Shown here: positions 11,069 to 20,600 of the stretch, piece by piece
Numbering within the stretch: the first letter of the stretch is position 1
How the letters are laid out: every line of letters starts with the position of its first letter
NCBI GenBank assembly: GCA_963823665.1
Contig: CAWGMQ010000010.1
Coordinates: 1,152,001 to 1,216,000 of the forward strand
From: an uncultured Planctomycetota bacterium
GTDB taxonomy: Bacteria > Planctomycetota > Planctomycetia > Isosphaerales > Isosphaeraceae
Length of the DNA stretch: 64,000 nucleotides
Reading direction: 5' to 3'
Translations under genes and position numbers: made by a program
The notes under the pieces: model-generated
Told to the model about the DNA's origin: nothing
Database searches by the model: none
The model's input: only the letters and a program-made list of their open reading frames with translations

Positions 11069-11265
11069 CAGTCGGATCGCTCACATCCTCGGCAGAACCA
11101 ATCGCGAGTGTATTGGTGGCTTCTAATAGCCTGAAAATGCAGATCGACAAACTGACCTCCGCCACCAGGATTGGTGGAGTACCGCCTGTAGGCAAACTTC
11201 GGCCAAACGTGGCTGTCTTCCAGTAGTTGTGGTTCTATGCAGAGATGACACAGGCCGTTGATCAT
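11062..11265 (-). pseudogene. Truncated HNH-like gene
   Basis: AGGA RBS, MINGLCHLC...EDSHVWPKF...WFCRGCE, then stops at the edge of the 10881-11068 element. Confidence 0.6.
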
Positions 11266-11354
11266 GGTTTTATTCCTATTACGATGCCGCTTCTGTCTAG
11301 CGATCATTCGTCGCATCTCCTAAGGAAACTGCGTCCGGGCCGTATACTATATGA

Positions 11355-12038
11355 GTGCCGCGCGGCTCAAAGGGAGCGACTGTTTCGCTCGACCAACTGG
11401 ATACGGAGACATTTCCATTGGCCGCTTTATCTCCAGATGCCGAACGAGTCGATAAGTTCATTCAAACCCGTGACCGCCTTTCTCTCGGGCAGTTGATGAT
11501 TCTTATCGCGGGCGCCGCGGTAGGGCTTGGCTTGCTGCCGCTGGGATCGCTCAGCCACCTTCCGGTCTACGGCCGAACCGGCATCTCCTGGCAAGGTCTG
11601 GTCATCGCTCTTTATGGCACGGTCTCGGGCGCTACGATGGCGGCCTTCGTTCTTCTGATCGTCAACCACCTGATCGCACGCCGCAAATGGGGGCCAGGGG
11701 CAGTTTCCCTGTTCACGTCGGGAATTACCGCATGGACGTTTTTACCAATGGTGGCTGTTTCTTGGATCCGCGCTTCGGGGGCGTTCGAGCCATTCAGCCT
11801 CTTTCTCCGGATCAACCTCGCGCACGACCCGGGCTCATATGCCCTCGAAGCATTCTATTATTTCTGGCCCGTGGCATGCCTCGCGCTTTTCATTGGGTGC
11901 TGCCTGAGCGGACAAGCCCCCAGGTGGTGGGCCTTGCGCGGCTGGTGGCCCGAATGGTTGGGAATGTGGGTGCTCGCCTTCTGGGCCATCCCGGCCATTC
12001 CGATCATCATCGGTTTTTTCAGAACATACTTTCGGTAG
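11355..12038 (+). CDS. Hypothetical multi-pass membrane protein
   Basis: About 5 hydrophobic helices; LSLGQLMILIAGAAVGL N-terminal motif. Confidence 0.7.
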   Translation: MPRGSKGATVSLDQLDTETFPLAALSPDAERVDKFIQTRDRLSLGQLMILIAGAAVGLGLLPLGSLSHLPVYGRTGISWQGLVIALYGTVSGATMAAFVLLIVNHLIARRKWGPGAVSLFTSGITAWTFLPMVAVSWIRASGAFEPFSLFLRINLAHDPGSYALEAFYYFWPVACLALFIGCCLSGQAPRWWALRGWWPEWLGMWVLAFWAIPAIPIIIGFFRTYFR

Positions 12039-12063
12039 AAGACGGGAAACAAAACGCCGCAAA

Positions 12064-12552
12064 CTAGCGCACGGCAGAGTTCATTTCACCCATTTGATTC
12101 CTCGCAGCCTCATCGGGCTCGACTTGCCCGCGCCACCCCAGCCACCGCGTCGGCTTGCCCTCGCCCGAGGGCGATTCGCAGGGCGTTTTCACGACTCGTC
12201 GGAGATGGTCTAGCAGCGGTTCACATTCGAGCCGGACCTTTCGGGTGCTTTTACAGGAGTTGCACTCTGGGTAACCCTTGCAATAGCGGGGGCTCCGCGC
12301 GTCGGCCACCTCGATATCGGCCAGGTAGGCCTTCAGGAAAGGTAGCTCCTCGTGCATCGCTACACCGAAGTAATCCCGGCAATAGCAGACCTCGACCCAC
12401 CGAATCAACCCCGATTTGTCCACCCGGCCGGTGCAAATCACGGTCCCAAGGTCGCCGTACGGAAAGCCGTCGCCAAAGCTCCCGTCTTCGAGCGCCCGCA
12501 GCAGATCAACCTTCGCCTCCGGTCGGATTTTGGCTGCCCGTACGTATCGCAT
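12064..12552 (-). CDS. Cys-rich conserved hypothetical protein
   Basis: WVEVCYC...EE and YC..YPECNSC motifs; protein-like composition. Confidence 0.65.
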   Translation of the reverse strand: MRYVRAAKIRPEAKVDLLRALEDGSFGDGFPYGDLGTVICTGRVDKSGLIRWVEVCYCRDYFGVAMHEELPFLKAYLADIEVADARSPRYCKGYPECNSCKSTRKVRLECEPLLDHLRRVVKTPCESPSGEGKPTRWLGWRGQVEPDEAARNQMGEMNSAVR

Positions 12553-12662
12553 GATTCGACTCCGCTGCAAAGATCGCTCATTGTAGAATTATAGTAAGCC
12601 GGCGAGCCCAGGACCAGGAGACGAGTCGGTACGGTGGGATAGCCCACTGGCTATCCAGCGTG

Positions 12663-12995
12663 GGACGGGCGTAGTACGCACTGCTGCACGAAGTGCTCGG
12701 GGCGCTAAGCCGCAGAGGCTTCGCGCTGCCTCGTCGCGGCAAGGTGCACACCTTCGGGCGGCTTAAATTCGTTTATGCGGCCGATCCCGACCTCAAGCGA
12801 ATGGGACTTACCCTCGAAGCCCTGGGCCGGCTGCGCAACGCGGCAGAATATCAGCTCGGTACGTCGGGCCCGTTCGTGTCGCCGAGAATTGCCATTTCTG
12901 CCTTGACCGACGCCGGATCGGCCGTCGCGCTACTCGACGCAATCGAGGCTGATCCGGTGCGGCGTGCGGGAGCTGCGCGGACGATACCGCCCTGA
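12663..12995 (+). pseudogene. HEPN-domain toxin-like remnant
   Basis: GRA*YALLHE (RAYYA with TAC>TAG), a central H and LRNAAEY (RxxADY-like); 5' end missing. Confidence 0.6.
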
Positions 12996-13081
12996 GTCCC
13001 GCTTGGAGACTACTTCGGCCTCGAGCGGCGCGCAGGTCGCGACCCTTCTTTGCCATCTCCGTGCCAGTTATCCTTGACGTC

Positions 13082-13633
13082 ATGAATGAGATCACCCGAA
13101 TTCATGGCACCATCGACGACGGCAAGCCGCGGCGCAGCTTCTGCCGCTCGTGTACGACGAGCTACACAAGCTCGCGGCTGGTCACATCCGCATGAGTCAC
13201 CCGGCCAAACGTTGAACGCCACGGCCCTGTTTTGCGAGGCCTATCTGCGGCTCGTTGGTCGCGCCGGAGGTCGTGTATTCGCCAATCGGGGTCACTTTTT
13301 TGCCGCTGCCGCCGAGGGATGCGACGGGTGCTCGTCGACAACAGTCGCAACCGTGCCCGCTCAAAACGGGGCGGCGGGAAGAGCCAGATCGATCTCGACA
13401 AGCTCACCGAGCCTGCTTCGGCTACGGACGACGATCTCCTCGCGCTGGATGACGCGATCGACCGCCTGGCCAGTAAGTACCCCGAAGCCGCCGAGCTTGT
13501 GAAATTGCGGTTCTTTGCCGGGATGACCCTGGACGAGGCGGCCGAATCGATGCGGCTCTCGCTCCGGACCGCCAACCGTCAATGGGCATTCGCACGGCCC
13601 TGGTGGCCGGCTGCCGCCCTCTCCCGCGAGTGA
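13082..13633 (+). pseudogene. Degraded TIGR02999-type ECF sigma factor
   Basis: LLPLVYDEL, QTLNATAL, HFFAAAAE and AELVKLRFFAG spread over several frames; no downstream kinase. Confidence 0.85.
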
Positions 13634-13831
13634 TCCGAATCTCCCGACATTGCGCGGGGCGGCTCCCGGGACACCATAACGATCTAACCGATATCGCGTG
13701 GCGGCAAGGCTGTGGCCTTGCTGGCTACATCGTAAAGCTTCGACTCGCAACCTATGTATGCTCGCGTGATAAAAATCGCCACTCGAGGCGACCAGAGGGC
13801 CGATGGTTCATCGAAGAGTTGCGCTCTTCGC

Positions 13832-13975
13832 CTCCCTCGTACTCGCCCCACAATTCAGACCGGGGCCGACGTACGACAAGCACGCGCCTCTGACGAGTTC
13901 GAGATCCGGAGAGCGCCTGGTAATGAACCAGGCGCTCTCGCAAATGAAAAGGCCGCAGAATCAAGAGAGGATCCT
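13832..13975. repeat. Dispersed hairpin repeat (copy 3)
   Basis: Perfect 13-bp stem GAGAGCGCCTGGT-AATGA-ACCAGGCGCTCTC. Confidence 0.75.
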
Positions 13976-14062
13976 ACGGTTCTTCCATCGTATGTTCAAC
14001 CAAAGACGGTACTTCACGCGCGATTTCAAGTGACGTAAGTCTTGGTTCAACTTCATGTTAAG

Positions 14063-14107
14063 TGGAGACGACCGGGATCGAACCGGCAACCTCCTGGTTG
14101 CAAACCA
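14063..14107 (-). repeat. att-type copy of the tRNA-Ala 3' end (45 bp)
   Basis: Exact match to 17261..17305. Confidence 0.95.
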
Positions 14108-14250
14108 AGAATTCTTGAAAATAGCAAGTCGTTTGAGAATAATGGGTTAAGTGCGATTCTGCGGACGCTGCTGGTTTCCAAAGTTTCTAAAGATTTACGG
14201 GATTTTTCGAGGATTTGCTAGGGTTTTGGTGCACGTGCACTGAAACTCAA

Positions 14251-15022
14251 TCATCCCGACTTCCGCTTGGCCAAGCCTCGCTCGATCGACTGATACTTGA
14301 TGTAGTTCTCGACCACGCCGATCTTCTTCACATCGTGCCCCTTGGCAATCACCTTACCGTTGCGGACCCAGAAGTGGGGTGCTTTCCCTTTGTCCAACAT
14401 TCCCGCAAACTTCATCAGCGGGAATCGAACGACAAAATGGGATCGCATGAGCGAGGAGTCGACCCGCTGAGCTTCGAAAACCAATCCATGTTGATCCCAT
14501 ATCCTAAGTAACTTCCGGCGGCGGGTCGCCAGCATCAGTTTGGCAAGGCATTTCTCAAGCTCGAATCCGGCGCGCATCAATGGGCGGCTGCTTCCGAGGG
14601 CATACGTGTAAGGCGCAAGGTGGCATGGGTTATCTGCGAACACATGGTGAACGAGCTGGCCATTCTTCCTTTCCACCATGCCCATGGAATGCAATCAGCT
14701 TGCTGATTTTCCGGCCGTTGGTGAATTCGAGATTGATGCGTAGCTTGCCCTTGAATCGCTGATTGGTCCAAACAGTGTGGCACATCCGGCAGAGCAGGTT
14801 GCATTTATCGAGTTCGTCGAATTGCTCAGTGGGAGACCACTCGGCGGATCATTTTCTCGTAGATTTTCGACTTTTGCACGGATCGATGTGATTGAATTCA
14901 AACGCACCCTTCGCCGTCAGGAATCGCCTCTCCATGGCTTTGATGCTGCGTTTGCAGATGGTGCAACGATTACCCATGTACTGAAGTCTGATTTGCCGGT
15001 CATCAACGTTCCGCCTGCCCAT
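14251..15022 (-). pseudogene. HNH endonuclease-like gene with several frameshifts
   Basis: Manual translation: MGRRNVDD...NRCTICKR...FEFNHIDP/KKS...DELDKCNLLCRMCH, continuing into ORF 14251..14694. Confidence 0.65.
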
Positions 15023-15196
15023 GACCCCGCATCTCCGTAGTCTCTGGATGTCAATTGAAAACGGTGGAAGTATTCTAACGTCCAGCTAGCTTGCTGGAAA
15101 CGGCAGTTGCAGAGGATTTGATGCGGGCCGGCTCGCATGCGCGCGTGAAAAATGTTACGATTGTTGATGGGTTTTGAAACGTTGATGGAGTGATGG

Positions 15197-15409
15197 ATGA
15201 TGGCTACGATTATGACTCCGTGTCCGACGTGCAACAAGCGAACTCCGCACCGTTCCGCTGGGGTGAATAGCAAGGTGAAAGATGCAGACGGACGCGTTTA
15301 CCAACAGATGGAATGCGCAGTCTGTAAGACCTCGACGAAGGTCTATTTTACCGAGGGCACAAACGAGTTCCAGGAAAACCTCGACGCTCCGGATGCCACA
15401 AAGGACTGA
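15197..15409 (+). CDS. Small zinc-ribbon protein
   Basis: CPTC...CAVC; GGAG RBS upstream. Confidence 0.65.
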   Translation: MMATIMTPCPTCNKRTPHRSAGVNSKVKDADGRVYQQMECAVCKTSTKVYFTEGTNEFQENLDAPDATKD

Positions 15410-15508
15410 ACGACGTAAGCACAATCGCCGTGCTTGCAGCGATCGTCGGCACCCTGGCATCGGTCGTCAGCGTCGCTGCCTCCCCATTTGATCAACAAGG
15501 AGCTCGTT

Positions 15509-16045
15509 ATGCCCGAGTGGTTTGGTGGTGCCGCGCTTTCCCCGGACATGCTGATCCCACCACATGAACAGTGGCAACTACAATGGGATCGTGTACGCCG
15601 CTGGTACCAGCGCGTCGTTGCAATCAAGGAAAACAGCCAACGAATTGAACCAACGCAATATGATGTGGACACGACTATTGCTTTTCTGCAAAACTGCTAC
15701 CATCTGAGAGATTGGCTGACGGCCTGCCGCCCTGACCTGACGAAAAAGGTCGATGCGCTGTTCGCCGGGCACTTTGAGATGAAGGGATGCCGGGATGTCT
15801 GCAACGGCTTTAAGCATAAGCAACTGAACAAGCCATCGCTTGATCCTGCATTTAATCTCTACCGAGAATACGATCACTTCGAGGCTGAGGCGAATCCGTC
15901 GTCAAGCCCTGTTTTTCTCCGAATCGCATTCACGGACGGCCAGGACGTGCGAAAGTTCGACCTTTTCGAATTCGCGGATGCCTGCTACGGCATCTGGGCG
16001 AGCTTTATCGCTCAAGAGTTGCAGGGCGCGTTGCGGACGGCTTGA
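15509..16045 (+). CDS. Hypothetical protein, HEPN-like
   Basis: AAGGAG RBS; AFLQNCYHLRDWL and CRDVCNGFKH (R..N..KH) motifs. Confidence 0.65.
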   Translation: MPEWFGGAALSPDMLIPPHEQWQLQWDRVRRWYQRVVAIKENSQRIEPTQYDVDTTIAFLQNCYHLRDWLTACRPDLTKKVDALFAGHFEMKGCRDVCNGFKHKQLNKPSLDPAFNLYREYDHFEAEANPSSSPVFLRIAFTDGQDVRKFDLFEFADACYGIWASFIAQELQGALRTA

Positions 16046-16130
16046 ACAATTCGTAGCGACTGACAACCCGGCCCTCTGTCGCTCATATCCGACAGGCGGC
16101 ATCTTGTTGTGCCGTAATGTAAAATGATGC

Positions 16131-16159
16131 TTGACCATTATTGCATTCTGCAATAGCCT
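16131..16159 (+). promoter_or_regulatory. Sigma70-like promoter with palindromic operator in the spacer
   Basis: TTGACC-17 bp-TAGCCT; perfect inverted repeat TATTGCA-TTC-TGCAATA at 16139..16155. Confidence 0.6.
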
Positions 16160-16201
16160 CCATCTGTACAGGCGATGATGCCTGGCTTATAGGAGGTTAC
16201 C

Positions 16202-16510
16202 ATGGACTTACTCACAAACGAGAAGCTTGAAGAATTGCTAGCGGTGTCGCCTGCCGAGCGTGTCACGCCAGAATATATGAAATCGCGTATCGCCGACACG
16301 ACGTTTACACGCATCGGCGAGACGATCACGTATTGCCGAATCGTGCTGGATAACGGCTTCGGCGTCAGCGGCGAAAGCGCCTGCGTGAACGCAGAGAACT
16401 ACAACCAGCAGATCGGCGAGAAGATCGCCTACGATAACGCCTTCCGCCAGCTCTGGCCACTGTTCGGCTTCTTGCTGGCCGAAAAGAACAAGCTCAAGGC
16501 GGCGGCATGA
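16202..16510 (+). CDS. Phage N4 Gp49/Sf6 gp66-family protein (Acb4-like nucleotide sponge candidate)
   Basis: RVTPE...TYCRIVLDNGFGVSGESACVNAENYNQQIGEKIAYDNAFRQLWPLFGFLL signature; AGGAGG RBS. Confidence 0.85.
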   Translation: MDLLTNEKLEELLAVSPAERVTPEYMKSRIADTTFTRIGETITYCRIVLDNGFGVSGESACVNAENYNQQIGEKIAYDNAFRQLWPLFGFLLAEKNKLKAAA

Positions 16511-16824
16511 AGCCGATTGTACAAGAAGCTGCTCAAGATCTGGCGGAAGGCTTGGCCGATGCGGGCGAGATCATCGAGGGCGGCTTCGCAGGGTTCCGCA
16601 TGATGGTGATACCCAAAGGTGCCCCTGCGATCCAGGTGCATGAGATGCGACTGGCCTTCTTCGCGGGGGCGCAGCATCTTTTCGCAAGCATCATGGCCGT
16701 GATGGATTCAGATAGGGAGCCGACGCCGAGGGACTTGCATCGCATGACCATGGTTCACGAGGAGTTGGAAGCGTTCCGCAAGGACTTCGAGCTAAACCAC
16801 CTGCGCACAGATGGGAGTGCATGA
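16507..16824 (+). CDS. Phage-type hypothetical protein
   Basis: ATGA overlap with the upstream gene; IQVHEMRLAFFAGAQHLF motif. Confidence 0.8.
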   Translation: MKPIVQEAAQDLAEGLADAGEIIEGGFAGFRMMVIPKGAPAIQVHEMRLAFFAGAQHLFASIMAVMDSDREPTPRDLHRMTMVHEELEAFRKDFELNHLRTDGSA

Positions 16825-17030
16825 CCCCCGCCCAACTCCGCGCCATCTGCGACTCGCTCGACGAGGAGCGCGGCACGGGCGGGCAGACGAAGCTCGCTCG
16901 ACTCCTCGGCTGGTATCACAGCACGGTCTGGCGGAAGCTGAACGGTAAATCGCCGATCACCCAGAGCGATGTGCTGGCGATCCGTAGCGCACTTTCCGAA
17001 GAATGCCAGGACGGATCAAGCTACGTATAA
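16821..17030 (+). CDS. Small Cro/XRE-like HTH protein
   Basis: MTPAQLRA...QTKLARLLGWYHSTVWRKLNGKSPI; ATGA overlap. Confidence 0.8.
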   Translation: MTPAQLRAICDSLDEERGTGGQTKLARLLGWYHSTVWRKLNGKSPITQSDVLAIRSALSEECQDGSSYV

Positions 17031-17260
17031 TCACGCGAAGATGTAGTAATGCGCCATAAGCCCGAAGCTCTAGGTCCCTTACGCTGTCTCATAATCGCTG
17101 GTCGATCTATCACGCGAGAATTTTGGTGCAGCCGGAAGTGCTTATGGAGCAGCGATTTACCTGCGATCCAGAGCGAGTTTCAGTGCAGTTTTGGTGCAGT
17201 CTTTTAATTCATTCGTCGGTGGTTATCGACCCAAACAACCGCTGCTAAACGACTTACGAA

Positions 17261-17333
17261 TGGAGACGACCGGGATCGAACCGGCAACCTCCTGGTTGCA
17301 AACCAGGCGCTCTCCCAATTGAGCTACGTCCCC
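17261..17333 (-). tRNA. tRNA-Ala(TGC), CCA not encoded
   Basis: GGGGACGTAGCTCAATTGGGAGAGCGCCTGGTTTGCAACCAGGAGGTTGCCGGTTCGATCCCGGTCGTCTCCA; cloverleaf, G3:U70, TTCGA loop. Confidence 0.98.
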
Positions 17334-17554
17334 GATTGAGGCGCTTGATGATAGCAGAGTGCGGGGGAAGGGATCAATTTTGGATTTTGAAATTGGGTTG
17401 GGAATGCGCTTGCGGCGGGTGAGCGGAGACCTCCGGTCAGTGTGCGGGGCGGGGTCAGAGATCCGCGCCCAACGAAGTGGGAGTTCGGTGTGGGGACGAT
17501 GGGAGACATCGCCGTCCCAGGCGGGTGGGCTGGCGGAATTTCTTTCGGATTCCT

Positions 17555-17582
17555 TGGCGCACTTCCGGGGCCAATGGGGCAT
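17555..17582 (+). promoter_or_regulatory. Putative ECF-type promoter for the kinase
   Basis: TGGCGCAC-N13-GGGGCAT, mirrored by TGTCGCAC-N13-GGAGCAT (minus, 2012..2039) before the paralogous kinase. Confidence 0.5.
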
Positions 17583-17618
17583 TGTGATTGAACACATACC
17601 CCGGAGGTCAATTCACTC

Positions 17619-20600
17619 ATGTCCGACGCTGAAGCCGAGTTGATGACAGTGTTTGCCGAAGCCCTGGAACGGACGGATAACGTTGACCGGGCCGCTTACC
17701 TGGACGTCGCTTGCGCCGGGAACTTGCCTCTGCGGGAGCGCGTTGAGGCGCTCCTTGGCGCCCACGAAGGGGCTGGGCGGTTCCTTGAGGGCGATACCGG
17801 CGGCTTGTCCGAGACGACCGTGCCCGTGAACGACGACGCGACTCAGGCGAGTTCCTCCGAATCCAATCTTGCCTCTGAGATTCCGACCAGAGGGGACGAT
17901 ACGGTCGGGACGGCTACGACTTGCGAATCTCGGGCCGACCTCGATCGTTCTGATCGATCGGTCGCCGGCCGGGTGATCGCGGGGCGCTACACGCTCATCG
18001 AAGTGCTCGGCGAGGGGGGCATGGGGACTGTCTATCGGGCGCGCCAGACCGAGCCGGTCAAGCGGGAGGTGGCGCTCAAGTTGATCAAGCTGGGGATGGA
18101 TTCGCGCGCGGTGCTGGCACGATTCAATGCCGAGCGGCAGGCGCTGGCGCTGATGGATCATCCCCACATTGCGCGCGTCTTTGATGGCGGAACGACCGCG
18201 GCCGGCCAGCCGTTTTTCGTGATGGAGCTGGTCAGCGGCGTGCCGGTCAATGAGTACTGCGACCAGAAGCGGCTGCCGGTCTCCTCGCGACTTGAGCTTT
18301 TTGTCTCGGTGTGCCAGGCGGTGCAGCACGCGCATCAGAAAGGGATCATCCATCGCGACCTCAAGCCGGGGAACGTGCTGGTCACCGAGGTCGACGGCCG
18401 GCCTACCCCCAAGGTCATCGACTTTGGCGTCGCCAAGGCCATCGAGTTCAAGCTGACCGAAGAGAGCCTGGCGGACACGGGAGCGATTGTTGGCACACCG
18501 GCTTATATGAGCCCGGAGCAGGCTGATCCGTCATCGATGGATATCGACACGCGGACCGATATCTACGCCCTGGGCGTGATCCTTTACGAGTTGCTGGCGG
18601 GTTCGCCGCCCCTAGACGCGAAGCAGTTCCGGCGCGGTGCCATCCTGGAGATGCTGCGAATGGTGCGCGAGGTCGATCCGCCGCGGCCGAGCACGAAGGT
18701 GAGCACGGCCGAGGCGCTTCCCAGCATCGCAGCCAGCCGCGGGATCGAGCCGGAGCAGCTCAAGCGGGTGCTGCGCGGGGACCTGGACTGGATCGTGATG
18801 AAAGCACTCGAGAAGGACCGCTCGCGTCGATACGAAACGGCCAACGGATTCGCTGCGGATGTGTTGCGGCACCTGGCGAATGAGCCGGTTCTCGCGGCAC
18901 CGCCGGGACGAATTTACCTGATGCGGAAATTCGCGCGGAAGTATCGCGGGCCGCTGGCCGCGGCAGGCCTGGTGCTACTGAGCCTGATTGCGGGGATCGT
19001 GGGAACTGCCTGGCAGGCGGTGCAGGCCAATCTGGCGCGGCGGGCTGAAAGTGAACGCGCCTCGAGTGAGGCGGCAGCGAAGCGAGACGCTTTGAAGGTG
19101 GGCGAACAACTTCGCGTCGCGCGTGACGAATTGCGGTACAGCCTGTATGCGGCCCGGTCGAAATTGATTCAGGGCGCTGGGATGAGCGCAACATCGCCCG
19201 CGTTCGGGAGCTTCTGAACGAGCAGGTGCCGAAAGACGGCGAGGGAGACCTGCGCGGGTTCGAGTGGCACTACTGGGATCGCCGGGCCCACAAAGAGCTT
19301 GGTGTATCTGCTCTGCCCAGATTCTTCGGGTTTGGCAAGTTCGCCGCGGACGGAGGCACGCTGCTCGGAGTGATCAAGCCGGATGATCAATCCAGCATGA
19401 TTCGCACAGAGATGGCGGGCATGTGGGAGTCGGGGACCGGGCGGCTCATGCAGGAGGTGGAGACCCACGACGCCCAGGAGAGAAAGCGGATCGGATTTTC
19501 CGGTCCCCTGGGCTTCACTCCGGATGGGGCCGCATTCCATCAGACGGCGAGGGAAGCCTCGGAAGCGGGGGCCGCGCCGCAGAACGTGACGTACTTCTGG
19601 GACGCGGCCACAGGACGGCAGCTTCACCGGATTACCAATCTAAGGCCAAACGCGTCGGAACCGGTGCTCGCCGGCGGCAAGCGGCTTTTGTGGGTGACCG
19701 CGAACTCGAAGGAGAAGGTGAAGCCGGTGCTGCATGCTCGCGACGTGGCCGCCGGTAAGGACATTTATCACGTGGACCTGCCGGCGGACGAGGTCGCGGC
19801 GCTCGACGTGAGCAAAGACGGGGCGACCCTGGCTCTGATGTTCGTCTTGAGCGAGCCGCGCAATCACTCCCTCCTCCGGATGTGGTCGGTTGCGGATGGC
19901 AAGCCGCTGGTATCGTGCGGCCCCATTGAGCCGTCCGAGTCGAGCGATGCCCAGCCGTGGGTTCGGCTCAGCCCCGACGGCCGGCGGGTTGCGGCGGGCT
20001 ATCGGGACATGCTGACCGCACAGCCGATGGCGATCTGGGATGCGGCGAGCGGCAAGGAGGTATTCAGGGGCCAAGCCAAGCTGCGGATCGAACCGGTATT
20101 CAACCCGGACGGCGGTTTGATGGCATTTGAGTCTGTGACATCAACGATCGAGGTGCTGGAGACGGCCACCGGCAAGCTCCGGCATACATTTCTGGGACAT
20201 TCGGGCGGACTCTGGGCTCTCGCATTCAACCGGGATGGAACGAGGCTCCATTCGTGCGGAGAGGATGGGACCATTCGAGTGTGGGACGTCAAGAGATCCG
20301 AGAGTCCCGATCCAATTGAGCTGTCCGGCGTCGTAAGGTTTCCAACGAACTTCGCGACCGGTGATTGGAGCCGATTCACGACCCACGCAGAACGTCGGGC
20401 AGGCGCGGCGAACACGACGACGACCATCGCGGTTTGGGACCGAGCGGGAACGCGGCTCGCGACACTGGAAGCCACGCTGGGGCACGAGGTGCATTCGGAC
20501 ATGGCGCACACGACCGCAATGGACCAATCGGGGCGGCGGGTCGCCTATGCCGCCGAGAAGGGGGTATTTGCCGACGGCCGCGATCGCCCGGAGGGGCAGC

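Larger units (their letters stand above)
9683..14107. mobile_element. tRNA-Ala-integrated islet B (~4.4 kb), no integrase seen
   Basis: Bounded by two tRNA 3'-end copies; AT-richer stretches; phased GGAATT/GGATTT repeats at 9809-9850 inside the att. Confidence 0.7.
14063..17305. mobile_element. tRNA-Ala-integrated islet A (~3.2 kb), phage-like cargo, no integrase
   Basis: att copy and tRNA as boundaries; TTT(T/C)(G/A)GTGCA arm-like boxes at 14224, 14236 (reverse), 17121, 17178 and 17189. Confidence 0.8.

Noticed and set aside
9683..17306. Three 45-bp repeats as a CRISPR array or extra tRNA genes
   Set aside because: Spacing is kilobases, and two copies lack the tRNA 5' half; they are att duplications
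17223..17597. ORFs overlapping the tRNA
   Set aside because: Spurious frames across the tRNA and its promoter
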